NCBI GenBank assembly: GCA_041652815.1
Contig: JBAZGN010000003.1
Span: 1,530-65,529, forward strand
DNA: 64,000 nucleotides
From: Candidatus Omnitrophota bacterium
GTDB taxonomy: Bacteria > Omnitrophota > Gorgyraeia > Duberdicusellales > 4484-171
Reading direction: 5' to 3'
How positions within the stretch are numbered: the first letter of the stretch is position 1; the number at the start of each line of letters is the position of its first letter. The notes below the pieces were generated by a model. That model was not told where the DNA came from. It did not search any database and saw nothing but the letters and a program-made list of their open reading frames with translations. Both the position numbers and the translations under genes were made by a program. Positions 59,446 to 64,000 of the stretch are shown here, piece after piece.

Positions 59446-60053
59446 TAGCAAAGATACGCGGGCAATTAATAAAAAAAGAAGAAACTAAGGCAATTATTGA
59501 TGTAGGCGGCATATGTTACGAGATTAACACTCCACGAACGGTTTCAAGCCGCCTATTGCAAAATAATAACGGTGCAGTCGAGCTTGTAATTTATTATTAC
59601 TTCAATATGGATAAGAACCGAGGAATTCCGGTTATGATTGGTTTTGTAGATGAGCTGGAAAAGGAGTTTTTCGAAAAATTCATCGGTATCTCAGGAATAG
59701 GGCCTAAAGTAGCGCTTAAGGCATTCGATAAGCCGATTTCGCAAATCGCGCAAGCAATAGAAGATGGTGACCTTAATTTCTTAAAAAGCCTTGAAGGAAT
59801 AGGCATGCAAAAAGCAAAACAAATTATAGCAACTTTGCAAGGCAAAGTAGGCAGGTTTGCTTTAATGCGCGGTGATGAATGCAAAAAAACTCCTGTCAAA
59901 AAAGAAATAGTTGAAGAAGCATCTAATATTTTAAAGCGGCTTCAATATAACGGTAAAGAAATAGAAGATATGGTAAAAAAAGCGTTAAGCATGCGGCCTG
60001 AAATAGATAATACGGAAGACCTCCTAAACGAGATCTACCGCCAGCGTAAATAG
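59442..60053 (+). CDS. ruvA: Holliday junction DNA helicase RuvA
   Basis: OB domain, HhH pairs (GISGIGPKVA, GIGMQKAKQI) and a C-terminal domain. Confidence 0.85.
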   Translation: MIAKIRGQLIKKEETKAIIDVGGICYEINTPRTVSSRLLQNNNGAVELVIYYYFNMDKNRGIPVMIGFVDELEKEFFEKFIGISGIGPKVALKAFDKPISQIAQAIEDGDLNFLKSLEGIGMQKAKQIIATLQGKVGRFALMRGDECKKTPVKKEIVEEASNILKRLQYNGKEIEDMVKKALSMRPEIDNTEDLLNEIYRQRK

Positions 60054-60066
60054 AAACAGGTTTATT

Positions 60067-60717
60067 ATGGAAAGACAAGAAAGCTTGCCTTTGGATAAGA
60101 ATAAGATAAAATCTATTGCTGAATCTTTGCTCTTTGTAAATGAAAAACCTATTGAAATTGATGAATTAAGCGAAATACTCAGCGTTGATAAAAAAGCAAT
60201 CGAAGAAGCACTTGAGGAATTGGTAACCGATTACACAAACAAATCGTGCGGTATTTCAATAGTAAAGGTTGCCGGTGGGTTTCAGATGTGTTCTTCTCCG
60301 GAAAGTGAAATGTGGATTAAGAAGATGTACCACGAAAGGGGAAAACAAAAACTTTCTGTGGCTTCCCTGGAAACACTGGCGATTATTTCTTATAAGCAGC
60401 CCATAACCAGAATGGAAATAGAATCAATACGCGGAGTAAATATTGACGGGGTAATGAAACACCTTAATGATTTAGGGCTTATAAAAATTGAAGGCCGCAA
60501 GGAAGTCCCGGGCAGGCCGTTTCTTTATGTCACTACAAGAAAATTTCTGGAATATTTCGGCCTTAACGCGCTAAAAGACTTGCCGAAACTTGAAGAATTC
60601 ATGATTCTGGCATCAAAAGAAGAAATAACTCAGGTTAACCCTGAAATGGAGAGCAATACCTCTGTCACGGATAACAAAAACGTTTTGGATGAAAATGCTT
60701 TGGAAAAACAACAATAA
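60067..60717 (+). CDS. scpB: Segregation and condensation protein ScpB
   Basis: Tandem winged helices ([17 protein letters not shown]). Confidence 0.7.
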   Translation: MERQESLPLDKNKIKSIAESLLFVNEKPIEIDELSEILSVDKKAIEEALEELVTDYTNKSCGISIVKVAGGFQMCSSPESEMWIKKMYHERGKQKLSVASLETLAIISYKQPITRMEIESIRGVNIDGVMKHLNDLGLIKIEGRKEVPGRPFLYVTTRKFLEYFGLNALKDLPKLEEFMILASKEEITQVNPEMESNTSVTDNKNVLDENALEKQQ

Positions 60718-60752
60718 GCTTTAAACATTTAATTTTAAAAGGAGGTACAGTA

Positions 60753-61919
60753 ATGAAGTTCTATTTTACTTCTGAGTCAGTTGCGGAAGGCCATCCGGAT
60801 AAGTTGTGCGACCAAATTTCTGACGGGGTGCTGGATGAAGTGCTTAAGCACGACCCTAGCGGCAGAGTTGCATGTGAAACATTTGTCACCATGGGCCTTC
60901 TTATGGTAGGGGGAGAAATCACAACTACTGCCTATGTCGATATACATAGATTAGCCCGTGAAATTATCAAACAGATAGGTTATGATGACCCGAAGTACGG
61001 TTTTGATTATCATACTTGCGCTATTATAAATACAATCAACAGCCAATCTCCTGATATCGCGCAAGGCGTAAATACAGGAGGAGCCGGAGACCAGGGCATG
61101 ATGGTAGGCTACGCATGTAAAGAAACAGAAGAACTTATGCCGCTTCCGATTATGCTGGCACATAAGCTCGTAAAACGCATGGCTGATGTGCGCCACGAAG
61201 GCATCTTAAAATACCTTGGCCCTGATGGAAAATCACAAGTAACCGTTGAGTACCATGACGGCCACCCTAAAAGGGTTGACTCGGTAGTCCTTGCCTGCCA
61301 ACATACAGAAAGTATATTGGACCCAAAGAAAGATAAAAAAATAATTACCGAACATGCGCGCCAGGAAATCATAGAAACTATTGCTAAACCTATACTTAAG
61401 GGCTACGTCGATAAAAATACCAAATATTACATTAACGAGACCGGAAAATTTGTAATCGGAGGTCCTCAGTCAGATACCGGAATGACCGGACGCAAAATCG
61501 TAGTTGATACCTACGGAGGTATGGTTGCTTCCGGCGGAGGGGCGTTTAGCGGAAAAGACCCTACAAAAGTTGACCGCTCAGCTGCCTACATGGCAAGGTA
61601 TGTAGCAAAAAATATCGTTGCAGCCCAAATAGCAAATAAATGCTTGATACATGTTGCTTATGTAATCGGAAAAGCAGAACCTCTCTCGATATTCGTCGAC
61701 ACTTTTGGCACAGGTAAAATTTCAGATAGCGCAATCGTTAAACTTATAACCGAAAATTTCGATTTAACGCCAAAAGGCATGATTAAAACACTGGATTTAC
61801 TAAGGCCGATTTATCGCAAAACCGCCTGTTACGGCCATTTTGGTAGACAAGAGCCAGAATTCAGCTGGGAATGTACCGATAAGGCGAGCATACTTAAAAA
61901 AGCAGCTGCAAAATTATGA
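60753..61919 (+). CDS. metK: S-adenosylmethionine synthetase
   Basis: [20 protein letters not shown] and GGGAFSGKD motifs. Confidence 0.9.
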   Translation: MKFYFTSESVAEGHPDKLCDQISDGVLDEVLKHDPSGRVACETFVTMGLLMVGGEITTTAYVDIHRLAREIIKQIGYDDPKYGFDYHTCAIINTINSQSPDIAQGVNTGGAGDQGMMVGYACKETEELMPLPIMLAHKLVKRMADVRHEGILKYLGPDGKSQVTVEYHDGHPKRVDSVVLACQHTESILDPKKDKKIITEHARQEIIETIAKPILKGYVDKNTKYYINETGKFVIGGPQSDTGMTGRKIVVDTYGGMVASGGGAFSGKDPTKVDRSAAYMARYVAKNIVAAQIANKCLIHVAYVIGKAEPLSIFVDTFGTGKISDSAIVKLITENFDLTPKGMIKTLDLLRPIYRKTACYGHFGRQEPEFSWECTDKASILKKAAAKL

Positions 61920-61959
61920 AATGAAGCCAACATTTTTTCTACGCCGTCTCGCGGCTTGA

Positions 61960-63246
<1,287 letters not shown>

Positions 63247-63372
63247 AAATCGGTTGCGTTAAACGGTTGCGCAACTCGTATCGGTTGCGTTTAGTGTAAG
63301 ACGTTTGACGATTGACGAAACGAGCCGCGTAACCGTAGCCGATTAGACGAAAAACGTTGGGAGAATGATTTT

Positions 63373-64000
63373 ATGAAAAGGATAGGCATATTAACAAGAG
63401 ATTGTGCTGGCATAAACGCTTGTATACGAGCTATCGTAAGAACTGCTGATTCTTACGGGATCGAAACAGTAGGTATATTCCGGGGGTATGAAGGCCTGAT
63501 AAACGGGGAAACAAAAATTTTTGATAGGCGTTCTGTTTCCGGAATAATAAATACCGGCGGAACTATTTTAAAAACTGCCCGTTCAAAACGGTTTATGACC
63601 GAGGAAGGGCAACTTAAGGCCCTTCAAACGATAAAAAATAATAACTTAGACGGATTGATAGTTGTCGGCGGCAACGGGTCGCTTGCTGCCGCTCATCTTT
63701 TGGCTTCGAAATACGGAGTAAAAGTCATAGGGGTACCGGCAACAATAGATAACGACCTAAATGGTGTTGATTTATGCATCGGCGCAGATACTGCCGTTAA
63801 TGTCGCTTTGGATGCTCTTGATAAAATACGTGACACAGCAGATTCCTTAGAAAGAATATTTGTTGTCGAGGTTATGGGTAGAGACTGCGGCTATATTGCT
63901 TTAAGAGTTGCTTTAGCGGGAGGGTGCGAAGAAGTCTTAGTTCCAGAACGCAATTTCGAAATTGAAGAAATATGCGAAGCCATAACTGAAGGCAACATCC
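63373..64000 (+). CDS. pfkA: ATP-dependent 6-phosphofructokinase (5' partial, runs off window)
   Basis: GILTRDCAGINA..GGNGS..GVPATIDNDL..MGRDCG. It has no stop in the window and is absent from the ORF track. Confidence 0.85.
   Translation, partial: MKRIGILTRDCAGINACIRAIVRTADSYGIETVGIFRGYEGLINGETKIFDRRSVSGIINTGGTILKTARSKRFMTEEGQLKALQTIKNNNLDGLIVVGGNGSLAAAHLLASKYGVKVIGVPATIDNDLNGVDLCIGADTAVNVALDALDKIRDTADSLERIFVVEVMGRDCGYIALRVALAGGCEEVLVPERNFEIEEICEAITEGNI

Overview
AT-rich (well under 50% GC by eye), gene-dense chromosomal segment from a didermic, LPS-producing bacterium, probably an uncultivated low-GC lineage. Almost all genes are on the + strand. Main content, in order: dnaB; an outer-membrane and lipid A block (bamA, skp, lpxD, lpxC-fabZ fusion, lpxA, lpxI-like, SpoIID/TPR protein); a minus-strand cluster of dgkA, two SPL/COG1533-type radical SAM enzymes, a GT2 glycosyltransferase and a B12-binding radical SAM enzyme, divergent from hemW across a repeat-laden promoter; a KDO/heptose/Lpt block (hldE-kinase, kdsB, DUF1846, kdsA, kdsD, kdsC, lptA-like, lptB); a trigger factor lacking its PPIase domain plus clpP; serC-serA; purA; a membrane H+-pyrophosphatase; GH5, rpe, queH, dtd; a tRNA-Ala locus with a T-arm-less tRNA-like twin; a Memo-AMMECR1 fusion; rsmE, mtaB, gmhB, priA with degenerate ATPase motifs, fmt, ligA; a tRNA-Met/tRNA-Val locus with duplications of the tRNA 3' ends; ruvCA, scpB, metK, ahcY and a partial pfkA. 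There is no CRISPR array, no rRNA and no obvious transposase or phage genes. Three kinds of sequence stand out. Several short repeat families recur across the window: a CCCCGTTAGA-core palindrome, ACAGA-rich palindromes with a shared pre-start motif, and CGCGAAT-type motifs. Two of these small elements sit in-frame inside ligA and the GT2 gene. Two unrelated genes carry homologous roughly 110-nt leaders with a perfect 12-13 bp inverted repeat. The dgkA-side radical SAM/GT2 cluster is the strongest candidate in this window for an undescribed pathway.
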